64,000 nucleotides of DNA from contig CAMDDX010000001.1 of assembly GCA_945893075.1 (NCBI GenBank), positions 13,132 to 77,131 on the forward strand, in the 5' to 3' direction. Source of the stretch: Planctomyces sp. SH-PL62 (GTDB taxonomy: Bacteria; Planctomycetota; Planctomycetia; Planctomycetales; Planctomycetaceae). A program made the position numbers and the translations under genes. Below are positions 24,947-37,500 of the stretch, piece after piece; the stretch's first letter is position 1; each line of letters begins with the position of its first letter. The notes beneath the pieces were generated by a model. The model was not told where the DNA came from. It did not search any database and was given only the letters and a program-made list of their open reading frames with translations.

Positions 24947-25462
24947 GTGGCTCGCGCTGTGTTTCAGCAGCTCAACAGCTTCGACTTCGCGGACGTAGCG
25001 GCTGAAGTTGGGACTGAGGAACGAGGCGACGACATCCACGATGAGTTCAAGGAAACCGGCGACCAGTTCGGCCTTGGAAGCATCGGAAACTTTCCAGCGA
25101 CTGACAATGACTCGACATACATCCTCGACCGTTTCCGGCACCTCGCCGAGGTCATTCAAATCACCGGCAAAAGTTTTCGACTCCACCACGCCGACAACGC
25201 CGCCGCCGAACCGCTGCTGCTGGCCGGCGAGCAAGATCTCGCCAAGCTCGAATCGACCATTCCGGCCGAGGACCGCGTCCGGTTCCGGAAGGAGTCCGTG
25301 CAACGCTTGATCGACCTCTTTCGGGCGACGAAACGCGATCGCGAAATCGCACGCTGGGAGGAACGCCTCCGCGCGAGCAAATCGCCAGATACCTCGGCGG
25401 AATCGAAAGTCAAAGGTTGTTGCGGCAACCCGGGATGGATAGGCTCACACTTTCATTTTTGA
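24947..25462 (+). CDS. Hypothetical protein immediately upstream of the giant gene (uncertain)
   Basis: A 171-codon ORF with a GTG start and no internal Met. It ends 38 nt before the giant ORF start. A 131-codon ORF on the opposite strand shares the same triplet partition, so the strand assignment is not secure. Confidence 0.4.
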   Translation: MARAVFQQLNSFDFADVAAEVGTEERGDDIHDEFKETGDQFGLGSIGNFPATDNDSTYILDRFRHLAEVIQITGKSFRLHHADNAAAEPLLLAGEQDLAKLESTIPAEDRVRFRKESVQRLIDLFRATKRDREIARWEERLRASKSPDTSAESKVKGCCGNPGWIGSHFHF

Positions 25463-25500
25463 GTGCATCGTGCTCCTAACTCCTAAGAAAACGCCCAACA

Positions 25501-28500
25501 ATGCAACTCACAAACTGGTTACGCGGCATTCCCCGACGGGTTCGTCGAGCAGTTCCTGTGTCACGTCGCCGGACCAGTCAGCGACCGAATCCGCTGACCA
25601 CGAAGTCGCACTGGGCAAGCTACGCAGAGTCGCTGGAATCGCGCACGCTGTTGTCCGGAGTGCAGACTTTCGGGGATGGCTTTGGCTCATTGAATCGCGC
25701 GAGTGGCGATGGGACGACGCTCGATTTCTCTGCAGTGTCGGGCGGTCTCGTCTTCACTGTTTCGGGTGATTCGGTGAGCGTGTCGTATGCCGACACGAAT
25801 CGCAGCGACCTGCTGACGTATTCTGCGGACGGACTGGGCTACTCGATCGTTGGCTCGCAGGGTAGCGATCAGTTCCTGGTGGTAAGTGACGGACAATTGA
25901 CGTCGATCGACGCTGGGCCTGGTGAGGACTCCATTCGGTTTGATTCGACGACCGGCGTCGCGCGGAGCGGGGCGGACACGATCGCAACTCGCAGCGACTT
26001 GTCGACCTTCACGTTGACGGGGATCGAGAGCTTGACCGGGCATGTCGCGCTGGGATCCGCCTTGCGAGGCGAGATCAATCAGGCGTTCGACCGCTGGACC
26101 GGGGTTGCGACGGAGTTCGTTCAGGGCGAAGTGTTGTCGGCCCAGATTCCGTTTTTGAATGTCTCGCTGGTTCAAGCACTCAACCGTGGCTTTGATGCGG
26201 CGGCAGTGACGGTCCCTTCGCTGGCGGATGCGAGGAACTATGCCCTCGATTTGCTGACGATCCAGACCGCGCCGCTCGCGAGTTTCGGTGACTTGGGGGG
26301 ACTCGCGAGTGCTTTGGAGAGCCAGTTCAACTCGGTCACGTCGGGCAGTCCTTTTACGGTCACGGCCGGGATTCATGATTGGTCAGAGCTGCGATTCGAT
26401 GTGTCGTTTAATGCCTCACGCTCGTTTGCGTTCGCTCCGTCGCTGTCGCCGGAAATCACTGCGGCGTTGGGAGCGGCAGGCATTGAGTTGTCGGCGTTCT
26501 CGAATCTCGATGTGCAGACGCGGCTTGGCGGTTCGGTCGAGGTCGGCATCCGACTGGATGGGTTGACCGCGCTGAACGGCGCGAGCGGGTTCGCTGATCG
26601 AGGTTTCCTGCGCGTGCATCCGCTCTCGGTCGAAGTGGATTCGAGCTTTGAGAACTTGTCGGTGGCAGCGGGACTTTCGGCTCAAGTGTTTGGGTCGGCG
26701 GCGACGGTCAATGTTGTGAATGGGACAGTGAATCTCGATGCGCGGGCGGAGTTGTCGCTCGATCCGAACGGGGCGGATGGCAGCGGGCGGTTTACACTCG
26801 CGGCGCTTGCTGCGGCACCGGCGGTTCAGTTTCAAGCTTCGGGAAGTCTCGATGCGCGGCTGCCGCTGAGCGCGACGCTCGGACAGTTCGACCTCAGCCA
26901 GTACGGCACGCCGATCCTGATCTTGGCGACCGACAGTTTGTTCGAGTACCGCGACGACCGTTTGCTGATTACGACGCCCGCCGTGTCGCTGGATGTGTCG
27001 ATCAATCCGGCGCTGGCCGAGCGATTGCTGGACCTGTTGGGACAGGTGCGTGATCTGGGTCAGAAGCTGCCGCTGGACCTCTTCAACAAAGAGATTCCGG
27101 GGCTTGGTCAGAGTCTCAACCAGTTGCTGACGAACAGCGCCTCGACCGTCGAAGCGGGCGGGCTGGGCGGGACGTTCAAGCTCAAAGACGCGGTGGGGCA
27201 TTACTTCTACAGCGATTACGAGTCGGCGACTGGCATCGGTTTGACGTTCAATTTGGGGATCTCGGTGCGTGGGATGCTCGAAGCGTTGAATCGCGCGCTG
27301 GCGAGCCTGACTCAAGTGAAGTTCTCGATCGGGGACTTCGATTGGTCGGACAAGAATCTGGCGGGGTTCGACTTCTCCGCGTTTCGTATTTCGGGCGGGC
27401 TCTCGTTGGACTTCCTGCGCGGGTTCAATTTCTCAGGAGCGGATCTGCGCGGTGTTAACCTCAGTGGTCTGGATCTGACTGGGATCGACTTCTCCGGCGC
27501 ACGCTTCGACTTCTCGACGAACTTTTTCGGATCGATCCTGCGGTGGGTCAACTTTTCGGGCTGCGATCTGCGCGGCGTCGATTTTTCGGGACTCGATCTT
27601 CGTTGGGCCGACTTCAGCGGGTCGTGGCTCGACGGCGCGAAGTTCAATTTCGCCCTCGCGTTCGATGTCAATTTTGCCAACATCCGGTTCTCGATCGGCA
27701 AGCTGCCGAACGTTGGCAATCTGCTGTCAAACTTTGATCTGACGAGCTTGTTCGGCGCGTCGAGCGGTTGGAAGAGGCTCTCGTTCGGGCTCGATCTGTC
27801 CGGCTGGTCGCTGAAGAACTGGAGCCGCTTCGATCTTTCGGGATTGGATTTTTCGGGCGTCAATCTGTCGGGGTTCAATCTCAGCGGCGTCAACTTGCGC
27901 GGCATCTCGTTTCATGGCGCGACTCTGAACTTCGTCGACTTCAGCGGCGCGTTTGGCTGGAACGTGCGTTGGGGGACGCTCGCCGGTTCGAGCAGCGTCA
28001 ACATTTCGGGACTGCTCCACAACGGGCAATTGCCGAGTTGGTCGTCGTCAACGGGCACCGCCCATCAGTGGGGATCGGGACTCGATCTGTCGGGCTTCAA
28101 TTTCTCTGGCTGGGATCTGTCGGGACTCGACTTCAGCGGCATCACTTTCAGCGGGGCCAACTTCAGCGGCGCGAAACTGTTCGGCGTTCGCTTCCCCAGC
28201 TTCGATGTCAATTTGAACTTCAGCTTTGCGGACTTCCGAGGCTTCGATCTCAGCGGACTGAGCGAGTTGCTGGGCAAGTTTCGCGGTGCGAATTTTTCGG
28301 GACTCGACTTCAGCGGCATCACGTTTGGCATCGGGTCGATCGACTTCTCCGGCGCGAACTTCAGCGGCTGTTTCAATCTGGGTGGCTTGTTCAGCGGGCT
28401 GTCGGGCAGCTTCCGTCGGCTGTTCAACGGCGTGAGCTTCGGTGGCGTCGACTTCAGCGGCTTGTCGTCGAGCATCAAGCTCAACTTCAAATTCGGTTCG

Positions 28501-31500
28501 TTCAAGGGAATCAACTTCGAGGGCGCGATCCTCGATGGGCTCGACTTCACGGATGTCGATTTTTCGTTCGGATGGTTCAAACGAACGTCCGTCAACGGCG
28601 CGAAGTTCGATGGGACGACGCTGCTGGGGACCGATCTGTCGGGCACGATCGGCGATGTCGCGTCGGCGGTCGGAGCGTTCTTTGACAAGCTCAGCAAGTT
28701 GCCGACCAGTTGGACGAGCAGTGCGTCGTTCATGGCGAATTTGAACTCGGTCGTGATCGAGGAGATCTTCGCGACGGGAGCGCCCGGCCCGGCGTTCGCC
28801 TTTTCGGGGGGCGTCAAGTTCAACAACAATCAAGTTGATCTCGGCATCCACTTGCAGGCCAAAATCGACCGCAGTTTCTCGACAGAGTTTTCGCTCAGTG
28901 GCGACGATCTGCCTCCGGCCGTGGCGGCGGTCCTGCCAACAATGGAGTTGTCGGGGACCGCGTTCGGTCGCGGGGTGCTGGCGCTCGACTTCGATCTCGG
29001 AGTGTTGCTCGGTCTGCGCGATACGTCGGTCGCCGGCCTCTTCACCGTGCCGCTGCCGGATGCGAGTTCGCTCGATCCGTACTTCAAACTCAACCGCTTC
29101 GATGTCGGTGCGAGTTTGGGAGTCTCCGGCTTGCACGCCTCGCTGGCCGTTGCGGGTTTGGGGAGCGTCGGTGTTGACGATGTCGCGCTGAGCCTCATGG
29201 TCGGCGGTCGGGTTGCGCTCTCGAACGCACAAGGGACCGATCGGCTGCGACTGTCCGACATCAAGGCTCTGCGCGCGGCTGATCCGACGAACTGGTTCAA
29301 GAATTTGATCGCGGTCACTCCGTCGGCGAAGTTCGATGCGGGCTTCACCGTGACGGTTGACTCGGCGATTCAAGTCGGCGGTCAGTCTTTCACGGCGGTG
29401 TTTGGAAACCCGATCGTCAAGCTCGCGACGGACCAGCTCTTCAAAATCGACGAACAAGGAGCCGCGCGGTTTCAAGGCCCGGCCGTGACGCTCGATGTTG
29501 CGTTGACGGCGACTCAGCGAGACATGCTGCTCGAAGTGCTCGACCAACTGCGCGGGGCGGGTGACGGAGCGCTCGACAGCGAGTTCCTCACGAAGACGAT
29601 TCCGGGAATCGGAAAATCGCTGAAGCAGCTCTTCAGCGTCTCGGCGGATGGCAGCGTGCTTCAAAGACTGTTCGCGCTGACGGATGCCGCTCGCGAGTAC
29701 TTCAACACCACGAATCTGCCGACCGACGGAAATCCGGTTGGTCCGGAGACAGCGACGATTCGCGGATTGGCGGCGGCTCTGAATGAGGCTGTGGCGAAGG
29801 CCGGTGCGATGCCGTTTCAGCCGGTGCAGCCGGAGTGGGCCGGAGCCAAGTTGGCCTTCACGAACTTCACTGGCCTGGACTTGCGCGGCTTCAACTTTGT
29901 CGGTGCCGATCTGCATGGCGCGAACTTCGCCGGAGCCGATCTGACGGGCGTCGATTTCTCCGGGGCGAATCTGACGGGCGCGACGTTCGCCACTTATGAC
30001 GGCAACGGGCAGGTCACTTCGGGAGCTGTGTTGCGCGACGTGAACTTCAGCGGTGCGCAGGTCGCGGGGTTGTCGTTCAAGGGACTCGATTTGCGTGACG
30101 CGAGCTTCGTGGACACGGACGTGCGCGGCGTGAATTTCACGGCGGCCTCGCTGATCGCGGTGGACTTCGCTCGGTCGGTCGTGGATGCCACGACCTCGGT
30201 GGCCGACGCGTTCTTCACGGGACCGATCGTCGCGGAACTCGCGGCGGCGAGCGACTACTTGCAGGCCGTGCGGCTCGATCCCGCGAGCGGACTCGCGGAC
30301 TTGGCCGGCTATCTGCTGGATGGCTTCGATCTGTCGGCGCTCGACCTGTCGCGCGTCAACTTCAGCAATGCGCGATTGGCCGGAGCGAACCTGCGGGAAG
30401 CGGTGCTCGATGGGGCGACGTTCGTCAATACGGTGCTCGATCAAGCCTACATCTTCAAAGCGAAGTTCAGTTCCGGCCTCAACATTCCGGCGCAGGCACT
30501 GGCGTTCGGCCAGAACGTCTTGGCGAACGCGGGTGACCTCTCGGCATTGGTCAAGCAGGTGCAGTCGGGCACGAGCTTGGCTGGTTTCAATCTTTCGGGC
30601 TTCGATCTCTCGGGAATCAACTTCGCGGGGATCGACCTCGCCGGCGCGAAGCTGGCCGGGGTCAAACTGGCGGGTGCTCAGTTGGCGGATGCGATTCTGT
30701 CCGACGCGACGGACTTCACCGGCGCGGCGCTGGAAGGAATCAGCAGTCTGCCGAACGTGCTCAAGGGGAACTTCGAGCGTGCCGGTCTGACGGGCATCGA
30801 CTTCACGGGCAAGGTGCTCGATCACTTGAACCTGTCGGGAGCGAATTTCACGGGCGCGATCCTGACCAACGCATCGCTCGCGCTGGCCGATCTGCGCGGC
30901 GCGGTGCTGGTCAACTTGCAGCAAGTCGCCGCTGGTACGGGGCAACTTGTCGCGGCCGAGATCGACGCGCTGAAGACCTCGCTGACCGGCGCGGTCTATG
31001 ACCAACTGACGCATTTCGACGCCGCTCAAGCCGCGACGCTGCAAGCGGCGATGGCTCCGTTTGAACTCGACAATGTCTTTGAAGAAGGGGCGTCCGGGCC
31101 GGCGTTCGCGTTCCTCGGTGGGCTGACCGTGACCGAGCAAGGGATCGGGCTGAGCCTCAATCTGCAAGTCAACATCGACACCGAAGTCAGTCAGTCCTTC
31201 AGCCTCAGCGCGGCGGATCTGCCGGAGGTGGCTCAGAGCATTGTGCCGGATTTCAGTCTGTCGGGATTGGCGACCGCGCGACTGGTGACGGCGCTCAATG
31301 TGGATCTGGGAGTTGATCTGGCTCGCGGATCGGGATCGACGTTCGCCGTCGAGACCGACACCTGGCTGCGGCTGAATCGCTTTGATGCCGGTGCTCGCGT
31401 CGCGATCACGGGACTCGACGCGGACCTTTCCGTGGCCGGGCTGGCGAACGTGCAGGTGCGTGACGGCGTGGTCGATCTGCGCGTCGCGGCTCAAGTGAGT

Positions 31501-34500
31501 TTGATCGATCCGGATGACGCGGACGGAACGCATCGACTGACCTCCGCCGATCGCGCGGGAGTTCCCTTCAGCGAACTGGTCGATGCGGCGACGACCTCGA
31601 ATCTGCGCGGCCGATTGACGCTGAACGCACAAGGGGCGGGCTTCAATCTGAATGACTTCGGCGTGCCGACGTTGATCTTCCGAGCTCCCGATCTGATTCA
31701 TCGCGATCTTGAGACCGGCGTCTTCACCGTCTCGAAGCCGGATGTCTTTTTGGATGTGCGGATCGGTACGGCGCTCAAGGACAAGATTCTCGATGTGCTC
31801 CAAACGATTGACGACACGGGCAACGGCGCGCTGTCGGCGGATGTGATCCAACAGCAGATTCCCGGACTGGGCAAGAGCATTGGCGAGTTGATCGGAATCG
31901 AACTGGACGCCGACGGCCGCGCGCAGACCTTCAAGCTGCGCGATGCGGCGGAGGAATACCTCGACGGCTTCACTTATGTCGCCAATGATTTTCCGAGCCT
32001 GTCGGGCCTGACCGACACGCTGCGCTTGCTGTTCGCCGGAGATTTCTCGATCCCGTTCAACACGACGCGGACGGATTGGTCGGGCTTCGATTTCTCAGGC
32101 TTCGACTTCTCCGGCTTCAGCTTCGATGCCCTGCGGAACTTCAACTTCAGCGGCTGCAATCTGTCGTTCGCCAATTTCCGAGGACTCGATCTCAGCGGTA
32201 TCAACTTCAGCGGCGCGAACCTTTCGGGAGCCTTCTTCGACATCTTCAATCTCTTCAACGGGATCAACTGGAGCGGTGCGAACCTGACGGGCATCAATTG
32301 GACCGGCATTGATCTGCGAGGGTTCGACTTCAGCGGCGTGGATCTGTCCTTCACGAACTTCTCCGGCTTCGATCTTTCGGGGATCAACTTCAGCGGCGCG
32401 AATCTGCGTGGCATCAATTTCAGCTTCGCGAATCTGCGTTGGTGCAACCTCATTGGCTGCGATCTGTCCGGGGCGAACCTGAGCTTTGCGTTCGCGATCG
32501 ACGTCGATTGGTCGAGCTTCTTCCGCTCGGACCTGACGTTCGATTTCAACACGAACTTCACGGGGATGATCGTTGATCTCGATCTCCACAGCCTGTTTGG
32601 CGATCTGTCACTGGGGATGAAGCGGCTGAACTTTGGGCTGGATCTGTCGGGCTTCAACTTGAATTGGAGCGGCTGGGATCTGTCGGGCATCGACTTCAGC
32701 GGCATCAACCTGTCGGGGATCAATTTCTCGTTCGCGAATCTGCGCGGCGTGAAGTTCAACTTTGCGAACTTGAGCCTCGCGAAGTTTTCGTTCTCGTTCG
32801 CGTTCGATGTCGATTGGACCGGCAGCACCGGCACCGTCGCCGACTTCGGCGGCATGATCTCGAAGATCAAAGCCGGCAGCCTGCCCAGCGCATCGACCGG
32901 GGTTGCGTTCCACTTTGTCAGTGGCCTGACCGTGTCCGGGTACAACTGGAGCCGTTGGGATCTGTCGGGGATCGACTTCAGCGGCTTCCACTTCGACAAC
33001 ATCAACTGGAGTTGGACCGAGCTGACCGGGGTCAACTTCACCGGTGCGACGTTCGGAGCCAACCTGAACTGGACCGGTTCGATTTGGAAGGGCGTGACGC
33101 TCCCGAGCGGAACGTTGCGGGGCCTCTTCCGCGACGTCGATTTCAGCGGCTTCACGTTCAACCCGGATATCAATTGGAACCTGTCGGGCTATCTGCCGGA
33201 CTTCTCGGGTATCAAGCTGTCAGGCTCGATCGGTTCGTTCAACTTCTTCTCGAAGATCTTCGAGGCGTGGAACGGACTGGGGCTGAACGCGCCGAAGCTC
33301 AACTTCCGTTGGGCCGACTTCGATGGCCTGGATCTGACCGGATTGCTCGACGGCCTGACGTTCCAATTCGGCAACTTCAAAGGGGTGTCGTTCAAGGGCT
33401 TCAAGCTGCCGACGTTGAGCCTTGGTGATTGGGACTTCTCGGGGCTCAATCTGTCGTTGACTCGTTGGACGGATTTCACGTTCAGCGGCGGCATCGGTGG
33501 GGACACGAAGCTGAAGCTCGATCGCTCCGACGTCGGCGGCGCGGAGATCGAGGGGCTGCTGGGTAAGTTGTCTTCCGCGGCGGGTGCGTTCTTCGACGGG
33601 CTGACTTCGTTCGGTAGTTTTTCGACGTCGTTTGTGACGCAGCTCGGCATGAACGAGGTGGTCGTTGGCGATGTGCTGGGGACGCCGCTGTCAGGGCCGC
33701 CGTTCAAGTTCACGCCGATCTTTCGACTGAACGGCACGGACGACGTCACGGTCGGGTTCCAGTTGATCGTCAATCAAGATCTGCAACAGCGATTGGACTT
33801 CGCGATTGGACTCGACGATCTGGGTCTGTCGGGCATCGCGGCGATGGGGAGTCTCGATGTCTCGGGGACGGCGGCGGCTCGGCTGGTGATCAAGCTCGAC
33901 ACGGAAGTGCTGGTGAAGATCCCGTTGCAGAATCAGGAGATCGCGGGCGTCACAATACCGACGCCGCAGTTTGCCAACGCCGAAGTGCTCGTGGACATCA
34001 ACCGCTTCGATGTCGGTGCCAGCGCGGGGATCTATGGCTTCAGTGCCGAACTGGGACTCGGCGATTCCGGTTCGGTGCATCTGCGCGACGGGCAACTGAG
34101 TCTCGACGTGGCGGGGCAGTTGTCGATCGCTCCCGCGGCGGACACGAACATGGACGGCTACTTGAGCTTGTCGGAAGTCCGCGCCCGCAGAACGGCCGAT
34201 CCCGACAATTGGTACAAGCAGCTTCTGAATCTCAACCTGGGAGCGGACTTCGAGGCCCATTTTGCGATCGACGTCAATCAGGTCAATCTCTTCGGCAGCG
34301 GCGTGATGCTGAACGGTACGCTGATGGCCGACATCGACCGCAACGCCACGTCGCCCGAAGACGCGGTGACTCCCAGCGGAATCGCGCTGACGGTGACGAT
34401 CGAAAACGGCTCGTTGAGCCTGCCGGGATTCATCGACCTCAACGGCGACTTCGCGCTGCAGAGCACTGCTCAGAACGTGACGCTGGCGGATGGCACGATC

Positions 34501-37500
34501 GTGCTGGCCGACATGCTGCGAATCGGCGGCAACGATGTGAATGCCTTCGTCGGCATGAATGGTCCGTATCTCGTTGACAGCGACGCCGACGGGGACATTG
34601 ATGGCGACGATGTCCCGAATGCCGACGCGGTTGGGTTGGCGTTGAGCGATGTTGATTTCGGCGCGGCGTTGATCTCGGCGCGGCCCGGGCAAGCGGGACT
34701 GGATGGCGTGAAGTGGAAGTCGTTGCAAGCCACGGCGGGATCAGTGGCGCTGGTGGGAATCCCGGATGTCACACTCGTGGCCGCTGGGCTGGAGGTGCAG
34801 GTCAATCAAGTCAGCGGTCTCGAAGCGGGAGTTGATCAAAGTAGTCGCGTCGTTGATTTCTCGAACGTCCCGCTGACCGTGATGACCGGGCCGACAACGA
34901 CGGTGTCGCTGGATCTGGATGGCGGGCGCGGGCCGTTGCAGCGCGCGGTAGGACATCTCGAAGTGGCGGTCGCGGACTTCTTCGCAGTCGAGGGTGACTT
35001 CGCCTTCGAGAAGTCTGTTTCGTTGCTGACTCTCGATGACGGACAGCATGTCGAAGCGGAATTGCTGACGATTGGCGCTGCGGGCGCGTCAGCGTTTGCG
35101 GGGCTCAACGGCGGGACCGCGGATCAGCTCGGGCTGAGTTTGAGCGACGTCGAATTCGCATTGGTCGTGGCGGCCGATCAATCCGTACCGTCACGCTCGT
35201 GGACGGCACTCAAAGCCAACGCGGGCAGCATCGAGTTGTCGGGGTTGCTTTCGATCTCGGCGACGGGCGAGAACGTTTCCGTCGAGATCAATCGCGCGGC
35301 CAGCGACGGGTCGCTGATTGACTTCCTCGCGCAGCCGCTTGAGATTCCCACGGGACCGACATCGACTCAAACGCTGAGCATGGATGGCAGCGTCGGCGCG
35401 CTGGTTCGCGCCTCGGGCAGTCTCGACGTGACGGTCGGCGACTTCGTGCAGTTCTCCGGCGATGTCGCGTTCGAGACCAGCCGCCGCGACAACGTGAAGC
35501 TCGCGGACGGCAGCTCGGTCAATCTCGATCAACTCATCATCGGTACGAACGGAGTCTCGGCATTCGTCGGCAACAACGGCGGGACCGACAATGCGATAGG
35601 CTTCCATCTGGAGGGTGTCGATCTCGCGCTCGTGCTCAGTTCCGATGCCGCGCAGCCCGACGACAAATGGATCTCGCTGCAAGCGGAAGCACGCACGGTC
35701 GAGTTCATCGGTTTGCCCAGCATCACCGCGAGCGGCACGGACCTCAGCGTCACGTTCAATCAGGCGTCGTCCGGCGACAACGTCATCGACTTCACCGCTT
35801 CGCCGCAACTCGTCACGACCGGACCAGGCAGCTCCGTCACGCTCGAGATGCCGGGTTCAGCGGGCAACCTGTCGCGAGCGACCGGGCACCTCGACCTGGT
35901 GGTCGACAGCTTCTTTTCGGTCAGCGGCGACTTCGGATTCGAGCAGTCGATTCGCACGGTCAAACTTTCTGACGGCAGCGAGATCATGGTCGATCTGTTG
36001 AGCCTCGGAGCGTCTGACACCGACGCCTTCATCGGTCTCAACGGTGGCAGCGAGAACGCGATCGGCTTCGAAGCGACCGGAGTCAAGTTCGGACTGGTGC
36101 TCGCGACCGACCGCACCAACGCAGCCCGCGAGTTCCTGCTGCTGCAAGCGACTGTCGAGAGCGCGGCGTTCTCCGGTGGAGACGGTTTGAGCATCGCGGT
36201 CAGCGAGATGTCGGCAACGATCGCTGACACCGCAGACTCCGACCTTGTGCTCGACTTCGACGACACGCCGCTCGTGATCGCGACCGGCGCAACATCGACG
36301 GTCACGCTCGACTTCGACGGCGCACAAGGCGAGATCGTGCAGGTCGAAGCGCATGCGGCCCTCGACCTCTTCGGCTTCGTGCAAGTCTCCGGCGACTTCG
36401 CGTTCCGGAAATCCGCAGGCTCGATCACGCTGACCGACGCCTCGAAAGTCGAAGCGGACTTCCTGGCCATCGGAGCGACCGGGGCCGACGCCTTCATCGG
36501 CTTGAATGGCGGCACCGATGGAGCACTCGGCTTCGCGGCCACCAATGTGGAATTCGCCCTGCTGCTGGCCACCGATCAAGAGGATGACGCCCGCTCCTGG
36601 ACGACGCTGCTGGCGACCGCCGGTTCGGTCGGCTTCGTCGGCAGCGACGACCTGACGCTCAGCGGTACGGACCTCAGTGTCGAGTTGACTCGCGCCAGCG
36701 CCGGCGCACCGCAGATCGACTTCCTGGCCGAACCGGTCGAAGTCGCGACCGGCCCCAACAGCTCCATCACCATCGACCTCGATACAACGGCCGGCCCGAT
36801 CACCCGCGCGGCCGGGCATCTCGATCTCGATGTCGGCGGCTTCTTCCAAGCGACCGGCGACTTTGTTTTCGAGCAAACCACGCACGCGTTCACGCTCTCA
36901 GATGCCAACACCGTTCAGACCGATTTGCTGCTGCTGGGTGCCAGCGGCGTCAGTGCCTTCGTCGGCAACAACGGCGGCACGGCAGACGCGGTGGGCTTCG
37001 CGATTCAGGACGTTGATTTCGCTCTGGCCATCGCCAGCGATCAAACGAACTCAGCACGCAGTTGGACCGCGCTCAAAGCGACGGCCGGCAGCGTCGGCTT
37101 TGTCGGCATCGAAGGGATCACCGCCACTGGCAGCGATCTCGACGTGGAAATCAATCACGCCTCCGGGACGAACGCGGTGCTCGATCTCAACGAGGCTCCG
37201 CTGCTGGTCCGCACCGGCCCCGTCGATTTCCTGTCGCTCGACTTTGACGGAGCGTCCGGCGAACTGACGCGCGCACAAGGACATATCGAACTCGACCTGT
37301 TCGGCTTCTTCGCGATCGACGGCGACTTTGGTTTCGAGAAGTCGGTTCGCACCGTCAATCTCTCGGACGACTCGGTCATCAGCGCCGACGTCGTCACGTT
37401 CGGTGCGCGCGGCGCGTCGGCCTTCGTCGGTCTCAACGGCGGCACGGACGAGCGACTTGGCCTGGCCGTGGACGGCGTCGATTTCGGGCTGGCTCTGATG

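Noticed and set aside
24908-25303. 131-aa minus-strand ORF (TTG start).
   Set aside because: It is shorter than the overlapping plus-strand ORF and is not positioned relative to any neighbour. It is kept as an explicit caveat on the 24947-25462 call rather than reported as a gene.
25470-25769. 99-aa plus-strand ORF at the start of the giant gene.
   Set aside because: It is out of frame with the giant ORF and overlaps its first 90 codons. Its composition is Ser/Arg-rich and it has no supporting motif.
28048-31851. 1267-aa minus-strand ORF, the longest ORF in the supplied track.
   Set aside because: It lies antisense to the stop-free forward frame 1, which encodes clean pentapeptide repeats. 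Its translation is R/D/E/Q/V-rich low-complexity sequence with no motif. This is a typical shadow ORF of a high-GC gene.
22245-33560. Possible recombinational link between the pentapeptide region of the TIR protein and the pentapeptide blocks of the adjacent giant gene.
   Set aside because: I saw no extended DNA identity between them. The repeat flavours differ (ANLxG against the Phe-rich DFSG type), so the adjacency is treated as coincidental.
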